Assembly (NCBI GenBank): GCA_963700145.1
Contig: OY969474.1
Coordinates: forward strand, 96,001 to 160,000
Source of the DNA: an uncultured Acidobacteriota bacterium
Lineage (GTDB): Bacteria > Acidobacteriota > Thermoanaerobaculia > Multivoradales > UBA5704
Direction of reading: 5' to 3'
Length of the DNA: 64,000 nucleotides
The notes below the pieces were generated by a model that worked only from the letters and a program-made list of their open reading frames with translations, was not told the origin of the DNA and did no database searches. Below, piece by piece: positions 21,150 through 30,152 of the stretch; the first letter of the stretch is position 1; every line of letters begins with the position of its first letter. The position numbers were made by a program, and so were the translations under genes.

Positions 21150-23918
21150 CTAGCGGCAGGTCTTGGGGTTCCCCTTGCAGCGGTTCGAGCAGCACTGGCT
21201 GTTGGTGGTGCAGCTCGCGCCGAGCGGCAGGCAGGAGCTGGTGACGTTGAGCGACATGGACTGGACGTGGAGGAGCGCGCCGCTCGTGCCCTGCGCCGAG
21301 AAGGAGTAGAGGCCGGTCGGCGTCGAGCCCGCGACGGTGACGGTGAGTGTCGAGCTCACGCTGCCGTTGGCGGGCGGGGTCACCGGGTTGGGCGCGAAGC
21401 CGCAGGCGACGCCGGCGGGCTGGCCGGTGCAGGCGAGGGCGACCGCGCCGGCGAAGCCGTCCTGCGATGTCACCGTGCAGGTGCTGCCGCCGCTCCCGCC
21501 CTGCACGACGCTCAGGCTCGACGGGTTGCACGCGAGGGTGAAGTCCGGCACCGGCGGGCCCGCGGGCGGCGTCACCTGCACGCAGTTGCTCACCGGCGCG
21601 TAGCAGGCCGAGGAGGCGCCCGCCGCCACCACGTTGTAGGAGTAGGTGCGGCCGGCGCCGACCTGGGTGTCGGTGTAGGAGAGGCCGGTGGTCTCGGCGA
21701 TCAGCGCCTTGCCGAAGTCGCAGCCGGCGTGCCCCTCGCTGCGGAACACCCAGTAGCGGGTGGCCCCCGCCACCGCGCTCCAGGAGAGCGCGGCCTGGTA
21801 GCTGCCGGCGCTGCCCGCGAGGGTCGCCGCGCCGGTCGGACCGCCGCCGCAGCCGCCGTTCTGCGGCGCCGGCGTCGCGCAGGCGATGCCGTGGCGGTTG
21901 AAGGCGGCGTGGATGGCGGTCATGTGCGGGGTGCCGTCGTTCAGGTTGCCGTTGTCGTCGTCGGCGGTGATCCACTGCATGTAGGCGTTGGTCGCGGCGC
22001 AGCCGGACGAGGAGCCGTTGCAGGTGCAGGCGTGCCAGGCCCCGATGTTGCCGCTCCCCTGGTAGAAGAGCTTGTTGCCGACGATGAAGGCGGTCCGGCT
22101 GTCGAGGTTGAAGGGCGCCTGCTGGAGGTCGCGCGCCACCAGGTCCCACGCCGCCTGCCGCGACGGCGCGGCGGCGCAGTGCACCTCCCGGCCGCACGGG
22201 CCGGAGCCGTTGCTGCAGGAGCCGCAGACGAAGCCGAGCGCGGTGTCCGGCGTGTTCGGGCTGTGCCGCAGGTAGTCGGCGTCGCGCACTCCCGAGCAGT
22301 CGAGGTCGCAGTGCGCGGCGCCCTGCTGCGCCTCGTTGATGTTGAAGCCGGTGCCGTCCGCCGTCTGGCCGCACCCCTTGTCCGCCGTCCAGAAGCCGTG
22401 GCCGATGCAGGAGGCCTGGAGGCGATAGATGGCGGCGATGTCGGCGTAGGCCTCGGAGGAGTTGGAGAGGACGCCGCCGGTGTCGTTGTCGTCCAGCGCG
22501 TGACCCCACTCGTGATCGATGATGGCGGCGATCTCCCCCGAGTTGCGGCAGCCGCCGAACGGGCGGAAGAAGTTGATGCTGCCGTCGGGCGGGTTGTAGG
22601 CGGCGTTGCAGAGAGTGGCGATGTTGACGTAGGTGGGGAGCTGGGCGAACAGCCAGGCGTTGGCGGGCAGCCAACCGCGGGCCATCTCCGCCAGCTTGTT
22701 GACCTCGTAGAAGGCGGTGCGCGACGCCGCCGTGTTGCCCGGCGAGCCGCCGGCGGAGGTGCACAGGTGCTGGCCGTTGGCGCCGCCCAAGTTGAGCGCG
22801 CCGGCGGCGCTGTTGCTGATCGTGCCGCACTCGTCGCCGACGGCGACGTACTTGCCGGTGAGCGTCGTCGTCACCGTGCCGCTCGTCCAGTCGAAGACGC
22901 CGGCGCTGTTGGTGAAGTCGTTGGGCGCGGCGAGCCCGGTGTCGGCGAAAGGCATCGGCCAGCCGCTCTGCATCGTGCCGCAGGTCTGGGGCGTGGGGCA
23001 GACCTCGGTCGCGGTGACCGGGTAGACCCCGCCGGTGATCGCCTGGTTGGCGTAGTGGTTGACGTCCTGGAAGGCGATCACCTGGCCCGAATGGGCGTCC
23101 ACGATCACTTCGAAGACGGCGACCTCGGGCGGCCGCCGGAAGACGAACGTCCACACCAGCCGGTGGCGGTAGCCGGCGCCGGGCGGGCCGCCGAAGCCGT
23201 TGCCGCGCTCGTGCTCGGGCGGCGCCACCGGCACGATCTCGAGCGCCGGCGGGCGCAGCAGCTCGTCCGTCGCCGAGCCGCCGCCGGCGTGGGCGAAACC
23301 GGCGGCGAGCGCCTCGGCGGCGCTCACCCTGGGGACCGTCGAGAGGCCGCGCACGTCGCCCCAGTGCTCGGCGCCGACGACCGCCAAGTTGCCGTGGCTC
23401 ACCGAGGCCGCCAGCCGCGCGCCGCGCACCTGCACCCCGCGGTAGACCTGCGGGATGCTGACCTGCCAGAGGTCGGGGTTCACCTGCCCGGCGCGGGCCG
23501 CGCCGAGCTGGCCGGGATCGACCCCCAGCAGATCGCGATGCCGCCGCGCGAAGTCGCGGACGGCGTCCGCCACGTCCGCCGCGCCGCCGCCGGGCGTGGG
23601 AAGGAGCGGGAAAGCCCCCACGAGGTTGGTCGCCGCTCCCGAGCGCGGATCGACGAAGGCGTGCACCGCCTCCTCGCCGGCCTGCTCGCGGGCCTGCAGG
23701 AAACTCTCCCAAGCGCCGCGGTTGGGGAGCCCCGCCAGCACTTGGTCCAACGGCACGTTCGCCGAGCTGATCGTCAGCTCCGGCAGGAGGAGCTCTTTCT
23801 GCTCGAGATAACCGCCGGGCCCCTTCGGCTCGAGCGCCCGGGCCGTGCCGCCGGCCAGGAGGCCGAGGAGCCAAGCCACCAAGCCCGCCCTGGACAGAGT
23901 GTCTCCGTTCCGTAGCAC
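21150..23918 (-). CDS. Secreted zinc metallopeptidase (M4/M36-like) with propeptide, FN3-like domain and Cys-rich tail; paralog 2
   Basis: Signal peptide, HEWGH + SEAYAD zinc motifs, DDDNGNLNDGTPH; GAGGAGG RBS before the GTG. Confidence 0.8.
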   Translation of the reverse strand: MLRNGDTLSRAGLVAWLLGLLAGGTARALEPKGPGGYLEQKELLLPELTISSANVPLDQVLAGLPNRGAWESFLQAREQAGEEAVHAFVDPRSGAATNLVGAFPLLPTPGGGAADVADAVRDFARRHRDLLGVDPGQLGAARAGQVNPDLWQVSIPQVYRGVQVRGARLAASVSHGNLAVVGAEHWGDVRGLSTVPRVSAAEALAAGFAHAGGGSATDELLRPPALEIVPVAPPEHERGNGFGGPPGAGYRHRLVWTFVFRRPPEVAVFEVIVDAHSGQVIAFQDVNHYANQAITGGVYPVTATEVCPTPQTCGTMQSGWPMPFADTGLAAPNDFTNSAGVFDWTSGTVTTTLTGKYVAVGDECGTISNSAAGALNLGGANGQHLCTSAGGSPGNTAASRTAFYEVNKLAEMARGWLPANAWLFAQLPTYVNIATLCNAAYNPPDGSINFFRPFGGCRNSGEIAAIIDHEWGHALDDNDTGGVLSNSSEAYADIAAIYRLQASCIGHGFWTADKGCGQTADGTGFNINEAQQGAAHCDLDCSGVRDADYLRHSPNTPDTALGFVCGSCSNGSGPCGREVHCAAAPSRQAAWDLVARDLQQAPFNLDSRTAFIVGNKLFYQGSGNIGAWHACTCNGSSSGCAATNAYMQWITADDDNGNLNDGTPHMTAIHAAFNRHGIACATPAPQNGGCGGGPTGAATLAGSAGSYQAALSWSAVAGATRYWVFRSEGHAGCDFGKALIAETTGLSYTDTQVGAGRTYSYNVVAAGASSACYAPVSNCVQVTPPAGPPVPDFTLACNPSSLSVVQGGSGGSTCTVTSQDGFAGAVALACTGQPAGVACGFAPNPVTPPANGSVSSTLTVTVAGSTPTGLYSFSAQGTSGALLHVQSMSLNVTSSCLPLGASCTTNSQCCSNRCKGNPKTCR

Positions 23919-23940
23919 GGGCCACCTCCTCGGTGCAACG

Positions 23941-23971
23941 AAAAGGCGGGGCGGGCCGCAGCCCGCCCCGC
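23941..23971 (-). terminator. Terminator hairpin between the tandem peptidases
   Basis: Stem GCGGGGCGGGC/GCCCGCCCCGC followed by CTTTT on the minus strand. Confidence 0.65.
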
Positions 23972-23985
23972 GCGTGGTGAAACTC

Positions 23986-26823
23986 CTAGCGGCAGGTCTT
24001 GTTGTTGGGGTTCCCCTTGCACTTGTTCGAGCAGCACTGGTTGTTGGCCGTGCAGCTCGCGCCCTGCGGCAGGCAGCTGCCGGTGACGGTCAAGGTGAAC
24101 GGCGTCGTGCGGGTGAGCGCGCCGCTGGTGCCCTGCACCTGGAAGTTGTAGGTGGCGGGCGTTGTCGAGAGGGCCACCGAGACGGTCAGCGCGCTGTTGG
24201 CGCTGCCGTTGGCGGGCGGCGTCACCGGGTCGGGGGCGAAGAGGCAGGCGACCCCGGCCGGCTGGCCGCTGCACGACAGGTCGACCGCGCTGGCGAAGCT
24301 GTTCAGCGAGGTCACCGTGCAGGTGCTGTTGCCGCTGCTGCCTTGCGCCACCGTCAGGCTCGACGGCGAGCAGGCGACCGTGAAGTCCGGCGGCGGCGGT
24401 CCCGCCTGCGGCGTCACGGTGACGCAGTTGCTCGCCCGGCCGTAACAGGCCGACGAGGCGCCCGCCGCCACCACGTTGTAGGAGTACGCGCGGCCGTTGG
24501 CGACCTGGGTGTCGGTGAAGGAGAGGCCGGTCGTCTCGGCGATCAGCGCCTTGCCGAAGTCGCAGCCGGCGTGCCCCTCGGTGCGGAAGACCCAGTAGCG
24601 GGTCGCCCCCGCCACCGACCCCCACGACAGCGCCGCCGAGAAGTCGCCCGGCGTGCCGGAGAGGGTCGCTGCCGCCGTCGGCCCGCCGGCGCAGCCGCCG
24701 TTCTGCGGCGTCGGCGTCGCGCAGGCGATGCCGTGCCGGTTGAAGGCGGCGTGGATGGCGGTCATGTGCGGCGTGCCGTCGTTCAAGTTGCCGTTGTCGT
24801 CGTCGGCGGTGATCCACTGCATGTAGCCGTTGGTGGCGCCGCAGCCCGACGACGAGACACCACAGGTGCAGGCGTGCCAGGCGCCGACGTTGCCGCTCCC
24901 CTGGTAGAAGAGCTTGTTGCCGACGATGAAGGCGGTCTGGCTGTCGAGGCTGAAGGGCGCCTGCTGGAGGTCGCGCGCCACCAGGTCCCAGGCCGCCTGC
25001 CGTGTCGGCGCCGCGGCGCAGTGCACCTGCCGGCCGCAGGGCCCCGAGCCCGTCAGGCAGGAGGTGCAGACGAAGCCCAGCGCGGTGTCCGGGGTGTTCG
25101 GGTTGTGCTTGAGGTAGTCGGCGTCGCGCACCCCCGAGCAGTCGAGGTCGCAGTGGGCGACGCCGACCTGCGCCTCGTTGGTGTTGAAGCCGGTGCCGTC
25201 GACGGTCAGGCCGCAGCCGTCGTCGAGGGTCTGGAAGAAGCCGTGGCCGACGCAGGAGGCCTGCAGCCGGTAGATGCCGGCGATGTCGGCGTAGCCTTCG
25301 CTGGAGTTCGAGAGCGCGCCGCCGGAGTCGTTGTCGTCCAGCGCGTGCCCCCACTCGTGGTCGAAGACGGCGGCGATCTCGCCGGTGTTGCGGCAGCCGC
25401 CGCCCGAGCGGTAGAAGTTGATCGTCCCGGCGCCGGGGCTGTAGAAGGCGTTGCAGGTCTGGTTGATGTTGACGTTGGTGACGAGCGTGTTCTGCAGCCA
25501 GGCGTTCGCCGGCAGGTAGCCGCGCGCCTGCTCGGCGATCTTGTTGACCTCGTAGAAGGCGGTGCGCGAGGCCGGCGTGTTGCCGGGGGAGCCGCCGCCC
25601 GAGGTGCAGTCGTGCTGGTTGTTGACGCCGCCGAGGTCGATGTCGCCGGTCGCCGAGCTGTTGCTGATCGCGCCGCAGTTGTCGAAGATGTCGACGTAGC
25701 GGCCGGTCAGCGTCGTCGTCGCGGTGCCGCTGGTGTAGTTGTAGATCCCGGCGCTGTTGGTGAAGTTGTTGGGCGAGGCGAAGCCGGTGTCGGCGAAGGG
25801 CATCGGCCAGCCGCTCTGCATGGTGCCGCAGGTCTGCGGCGTCGGGCAGATGCCGGTGTTGGTGAGGGGATAGACCCCACCCTTGATCTGCTTGTTGACG
25901 TAGCGGTTGGTGTCCTGGAAGGCGATGACCTCGCCCGAACGGGCGTCGACCAGCACTTCCCAGACGGCGTCGTCCGGCAGCCGCTGGAAGGCCCAGCTCC
26001 AGACCAGGCGATGGCGGTAGCCGGCGCCGACCGGGCCGCCGAAGCGCTCGCCCACCTGGTGCTCTCGCGGCGCCACCGGCAGGATCTCGAGCCTCGGCGC
26101 GGCGATCGTCTCGTCCATCGCCGAGCGCCCGCCGGCGTAGGCGAAGCCGGCGTCGAGCGCGGCGGCGGCGTCGATCTGCGGCACCGTCGAGAGGCCGCGC
26201 ACGTCGCCCCAGGTCTCGGTGCCGATCACCACCAGGTTGCCGTTGTTGATCGAGGCGGCGAGGCGGCCGTCGCGCACCGGCACGCCGCGGTAGACCTGCG
26301 GCGCGTTGATCTGCCAGAGGTCGGGCGTCACCTGCACGGCGCGGGCGGCGCCGAGCTGGTCGGTGTCGATCGCCAGCAGCCCGCGGTGCTCCTCGGCGAA
26401 GGCGACGAAGGCGCCGGCGACGGTCGCGGCGTCCACCGCCTCCACGGCGCGGCCGAGCCGCGCTTCCAGGTCCTCGAGACCGACCGCGTTGCCGACGCCG
26501 CGGCCGGGGATCAGCGGGAAGGCGCCGACGAGGTTCGTGGCCGCGCCGGAGCGCGGATCGACGAAGCCCTCGACGGGCCCGGCGCCCGCCTGCTGCCGGG
26601 CGGCCTGGAAAGCCTCCCAGGCGGCGCGGTTCGGGAGCTGCGAGAGCACCTCCTCGACCCGCGAGTGGGAGCTGGTGATCGCCAGCTCCGGCAGGAAGAA
26701 CTCCTTCTGCTCCAGACCGCCGCCCGGCTCCTTGGGCTCGATCGCCCGGGCCGTGCCGCCGGCCAGGAGACCGGCGCAGCAGGCGACGAGACACGTACAG
26801 CGCAGCGACGCTTTCCATGTCAT
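23986..26823 (-). CDS. Secreted zinc metallopeptidase (M4/M36-like); paralog 1
   Basis: ATG 26823 follows GGAGG; HEWGH + SEGYAD motifs; colinear and highly similar to 21150-23918. Confidence 0.8.
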   Translation of the reverse strand: MTWKASLRCTCLVACCAGLLAGGTARAIEPKEPGGGLEQKEFFLPELAITSSHSRVEEVLSQLPNRAAWEAFQAARQQAGAGPVEGFVDPRSGAATNLVGAFPLIPGRGVGNAVGLEDLEARLGRAVEAVDAATVAGAFVAFAEEHRGLLAIDTDQLGAARAVQVTPDLWQINAPQVYRGVPVRDGRLAASINNGNLVVIGTETWGDVRGLSTVPQIDAAAALDAGFAYAGGRSAMDETIAAPRLEILPVAPREHQVGERFGGPVGAGYRHRLVWSWAFQRLPDDAVWEVLVDARSGEVIAFQDTNRYVNKQIKGGVYPLTNTGICPTPQTCGTMQSGWPMPFADTGFASPNNFTNSAGIYNYTSGTATTTLTGRYVDIFDNCGAISNSSATGDIDLGGVNNQHDCTSGGGSPGNTPASRTAFYEVNKIAEQARGYLPANAWLQNTLVTNVNINQTCNAFYSPGAGTINFYRSGGGCRNTGEIAAVFDHEWGHALDDNDSGGALSNSSEGYADIAGIYRLQASCVGHGFFQTLDDGCGLTVDGTGFNTNEAQVGVAHCDLDCSGVRDADYLKHNPNTPDTALGFVCTSCLTGSGPCGRQVHCAAAPTRQAAWDLVARDLQQAPFSLDSQTAFIVGNKLFYQGSGNVGAWHACTCGVSSSGCGATNGYMQWITADDDNGNLNDGTPHMTAIHAAFNRHGIACATPTPQNGGCAGGPTAAATLSGTPGDFSAALSWGSVAGATRYWVFRTEGHAGCDFGKALIAETTGLSFTDTQVANGRAYSYNVVAAGASSACYGRASNCVTVTPQAGPPPPDFTVACSPSSLTVAQGSSGNSTCTVTSLNSFASAVDLSCSGQPAGVACLFAPDPVTPPANGSANSALTVSVALSTTPATYNFQVQGTSGALTRTTPFTLTVTGSCLPQGASCTANNQCCSNKCKGNPNNKTCR

Positions 26824-27008
26824 AGCGCTTTTTCCTCCACTCACCGCCGCCGGCGGCGTGCCGGCGGGGTCCGCCCTGTCCCCCCCAAAGGAAGTCGTGC
26901 TGCGGGCCGGCCAAACGGGACATGGCGCCGGCCGGGGGCTTCCCGAAGGGAAACATTCATAGTGCCGCGAGGAGACAAAAGCGGGACAAAATCGGCTAAG
27001 ATCGTCAC

Positions 27009-27257
27009 ATGCCGACACGAGAGAAGAAGGCCCCCCAGGGCGCCCGCGGCGCCTCCCCCCGGCCGGCGCGCACCGCTCCGGCCCCGCTGACCCCCGTCGC
27101 CGCCGCTCCGTCCGCCCCGCAGGGGATCGGCGCCGTGCGGGTCTACCTGAGCTCGCGCGAGCTCGACACCCTCCACCAGGTGGCGCGGGAGAAGGGGCAG
27201 TCCCCTTCGGGCATCCTGCGCCAGGCCTTCCGGGCCTACGTCAACTTCCAGGACTAG
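27009..27257 (+). CDS. Small ribbon-helix-helix (CopG-like) DNA-binding protein
   Basis: VRVYLSSRELDTLHQVAREKGQSPSGILRQAFRAY fits the beta-helix-helix RHH pattern. Confidence 0.65.
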   Translation: MPTREKKAPQGARGASPRPARTAPAPLTPVAAAPSAPQGIGAVRVYLSSRELDTLHQVAREKGQSPSGILRQAFRAYVNFQD

Positions 27258-27400
27258 ACGAGGCGCACCGCGCCGCGCAAGCGGCACCGGCGGCGGGAGC
27301 GAAGCGCCCCGCCCGGCGCCGCCGTCCCCTCCACTCTACTCGACAGCACTCCGGCGGCGCCATGTTCTTCTTCGGCGCGCCAACTCCGGGATGAAGGCGC

Positions 27401-27600
27401 CATCTCCGTGATCGTCGCTCCATCTCGGAGATCGGCGGCCCGTCACGGAGATGGGCACCCCGTTACCGAGATGGGCGGCCCATCTCCGAGATGGCCGAGT
27501 CGTCACGGAGATCGGAGCGCCGTCACCGAGATTGCCGCGCCGTCACCGAGATGGTCCGGCAATCTCGGAGATCGTCCGACGATCTCCGAGATCGGCCCGA
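27401..27600. repeat. Tandem array of 10 x 20 bp with palindromic core ATCTCSGAGAT and variable spacers
   Basis: Units start exactly at 27401, 27421 ... 27581; consensus C(A/G)TC(T/A)C(C/G)GAGAT + 8 variable nt. Confidence 0.9.
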
Positions 27601-27701
27601 ATCGCCGCAATGGGGCGAGCGTTCCCCGAGCTGCCGCATCGCCGAGGCGCACAGGCCGACCGCCTCGCAGCTCAGCCGGTGAGCTTGTACCCAGCCGGCC
27701 T

Positions 27702-29327
27702 TCAACCGGCGTCAGGAAGCCCGATCGCGTACAAGAGGCCTGCGTTGTCGACCAGGTACGCCACGTCGCCGACGACGGTAACCGGAGCGTTCAGAGGGAT
27801 CCTTCCCTCGGCCTCCCACTCCGGCTCGTCTCTTTCGCCGGGGAGCTCCTGGCCGCCGTAGAAAACCTCCCCCCGGTTGCTCTCGATACCAAGGGCGATG
27901 GACCAACGGCGACGGCCGGTGCGCGCGTCGATCGCGTGGAGCGCGCCGTCGTAGCGCGGGACCAGAACGTCCGCTCCGGCCGCGGCGGGGCTGCCGTATT
28001 GCGGGAATGCGGGCCAGCCGCACGGTTCCGCCCAGACGATCCCGCCGTCACGGTCGAAGGCCACGGTCAGGTTCGAGTAGGCGGCGGGTACGACGACCAA
28101 GCCGTTGGCCACGGCAGGTCGCGCCCGGATATTGCCGAAGTCCTCGTCCGGAAGGGCCGGCTCCGCGATCGTGTATCGCACCTGAAACCGGCGTCGCTCC
28201 AACGCGGCCACCGGAAGGCCCGGGAGGGTGGTCTCGCGGGAATGGGGAAGGAACACCGTCCCCTCCAGCCGGACGGGGCTGGCGGTGAAGGTACACATGT
28301 ATTGCTTGTCATCGAAGCCGGCGCGGGCGACTTGAACACGTCGTACATCGGGCGCCGCTGGATCGACTGCCCAGCGCAGCGGCTCTGCCAACGGCGCCTC
28401 GACCACCCACCCCTCTTGGGTCGCGAAGAGGATCCGATCATCGATGCGCAGGGGGTCTCCGATGACGCCGCCTGGCAGGTCCGCGTGCTCGAGCACGGCG
28501 CCCGAGCCGGGATCGAGCAGCGCTGCCTGTCCGTCCACCGCGCAGACGACGAGGCCGGCGGGTGTCCAGGCGGGTCGGGCGAGGACCGCTGACGACAGCC
28601 TCGGAGGCCTCTTCCAGGCCGCCGCACCCGTGGCGGCGTCGATGCATTCGATCGTGCCGGCGTCGGTACCGACATAGAGGAGGCTGTCCACTTGCAGGAT
28701 GGCGTTGGCGTCATGGCGGGTGCGTGCGTGCCAGACCTCCGAGAGATCGGCGGCGCGAAGGCAGGCGATCCCGTCGCGTCGATCGGGCTGGTTGTAGCGG
28801 GCGCCCGCGGTCGGCACGTAGAGCCACTCCCCGTCGGCGACGATGTCGTTCTTGATCGTCCCGATCCCGACAGTCGCCGTTCCCAGCAGCTCCGGCACGG
28901 CGCGCGAAGCGCCCACCACTCGCTCCACCCTCCTGACGAGAAGATCGACGAGATCGGCCTCGGAATTGCGCAGCAGATCGAAGTACAGCAACTGTCTGGG
29001 GAGCCACGGTGGCGGCTCGCCTTCCACCCGCACGGGGACGAGAAAAGGCGTCCGATCGGTCGTCCGCCGAGACAGGACGGCCTGACGCTCGATGTGCGTC
29101 CACGCGCTCTCCTCGTAGGCGGGCGAAAGAAGAAGTACGCACACCCGGGCCTGAGCGATGTAGACGTCGGCGAGGGCCTCCGCACCGTCATGGCCGACAA
29201 TCGTCTCCACGTCGACCCGGTCGAAGAAGACACGGAGCCCGCGTTCCCGTAGTGCCGACGAGAGGAGCGTCGCCAGTAACTGCTGTGCACTGACATAGCT
29301 CAGCGCGACGTCGAACTTGAAAGCCAT
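27702..29327 (-). CDS. TIR domain fused to a PQQ-like beta-propeller
   Basis: FDVALSY..GLRVFFD..LLSPAY..SAWTHIE TIR motifs with the conserved Glu; C-terminal repeats such as DGALHAIDARTGRRRW. Confidence 0.82.
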   Translation of the reverse strand: MAFKFDVALSYVSAQQLLATLLSSALRERGLRVFFDRVDVETIVGHDGAEALADVYIAQARVCVLLLSPAYEESAWTHIERQAVLSRRTTDRTPFLVPVRVEGEPPPWLPRQLLYFDLLRNSEADLVDLLVRRVERVVGASRAVPELLGTATVGIGTIKNDIVADGEWLYVPTAGARYNQPDRRDGIACLRAADLSEVWHARTRHDANAILQVDSLLYVGTDAGTIECIDAATGAAAWKRPPRLSSAVLARPAWTPAGLVVCAVDGQAALLDPGSGAVLEHADLPGGVIGDPLRIDDRILFATQEGWVVEAPLAEPLRWAVDPAAPDVRRVQVARAGFDDKQYMCTFTASPVRLEGTVFLPHSRETTLPGLPVAALERRRFQVRYTIAEPALPDEDFGNIRARPAVANGLVVVPAAYSNLTVAFDRDGGIVWAEPCGWPAFPQYGSPAAAGADVLVPRYDGALHAIDARTGRRRWSIALGIESNRGEVFYGGQELPGERDEPEWEAEGRIPLNAPVTVVGDVAYLVDNAGLLYAIGLPDAG

Positions 29328-29411
29328 TGGATCTTCGACGCTCCAAGGAGAGTCTCTCACGTGCCGCCTTCAGAGGCGCGAGGCCCCTTTTCTGCCAGAC
29401 TCCTCCGCCAG

Positions 29412-30152
29412 GTGACGGTCCACGCCCGCTTCCCGCCGACCCGCGGCTCGGTCGTGCTCGCCGCCGCGCACGGCGACGGGGAAGTGCAGCGCGAAGCGCT
29501 CGAGCGGCTGGCGGCGAGCTACTGGCGGCCAGTCTACGCCTACCTGCGGCTGCGCTGGCGGGCGGCGCGCGAAGACGCCGAGGACATGACGCAGGAGTTC
29601 TTCGCCCACGCCCTCGCCAAGGAGACCTTCGCCCGCTTCGACCCGGCGAAGGGGCGCTTCCGCACCTTCCTCCGCACCTGCCTCGACGGCTTCGCCGCCA
29701 ACTGGCGGAAGGCCGAGCGGCGCCTGAAACGCGGCGGCGGCGGCGAGCGGCTGCCGCTCGACTTCGCCGGCGCCGAGGCGGAGCTGGCGCGCCTGGCGGT
29801 CGAAGAGGCGGCCGCGCTCACGCCCGAGGAGCTCTTCCACCGCGAGTGGGCGCGCGGCCTCTTCGCCGGCGCGGTCGGCGAGCTGCGCGCCGCCACCCTC
29901 ACGGCCGGCCGCACCGCGCACTGGGCCCTCTTCGAACGCTACGACCTGGAAGGCCCCGACGCCGCCGAGCGTCCGACCTACGGCGCGCTCGCCGCCGAGC
30001 TCGGGCTGACTACCGTGCAGGTCACCAACTACCTCGCCGCCATGCGCCGCGATCTCCGCCGGCTGGTGCTCGCCGAGCTGCGCGCGGCGACCGCCAGCGA
30101 GGCGGAGTACCGCGCCGAGGCGCGGGCGCTTTTGGGGAGCGGCGCCGGGTGA
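29412..30152 (+). CDS. ECF-type RNA polymerase sigma factor
   Basis: FPPTRGSVV..ALERLAASYWRPVYAY..DAEDMTQEFF..KGRFRTFL; start codon uncertain (GTG 29412 or 29361). Confidence 0.82.
   Translation: MTVHARFPPTRGSVVLAAAHGDGEVQREALERLAASYWRPVYAYLRLRWRAAREDAEDMTQEFFAHALAKETFARFDPAKGRFRTFLRTCLDGFAANWRKAERRLKRGGGGERLPLDFAGAEAELARLAVEEAAALTPEELFHREWARGLFAGAVGELRAATLTAGRTAHWALFERYDLEGPDAAERPTYGALAAELGLTTVQVTNYLAAMRRDLRRLVLAELRAATASEAEYRAEARALLGSGAG

Noticed and set aside
27401-27600. CRISPR interpretation of this and the other two arrays
   Set aside because: The 20-21 bp periods are far too short, the repeats are degenerate, spacers are under about 14 nt, and no cas genes are present.
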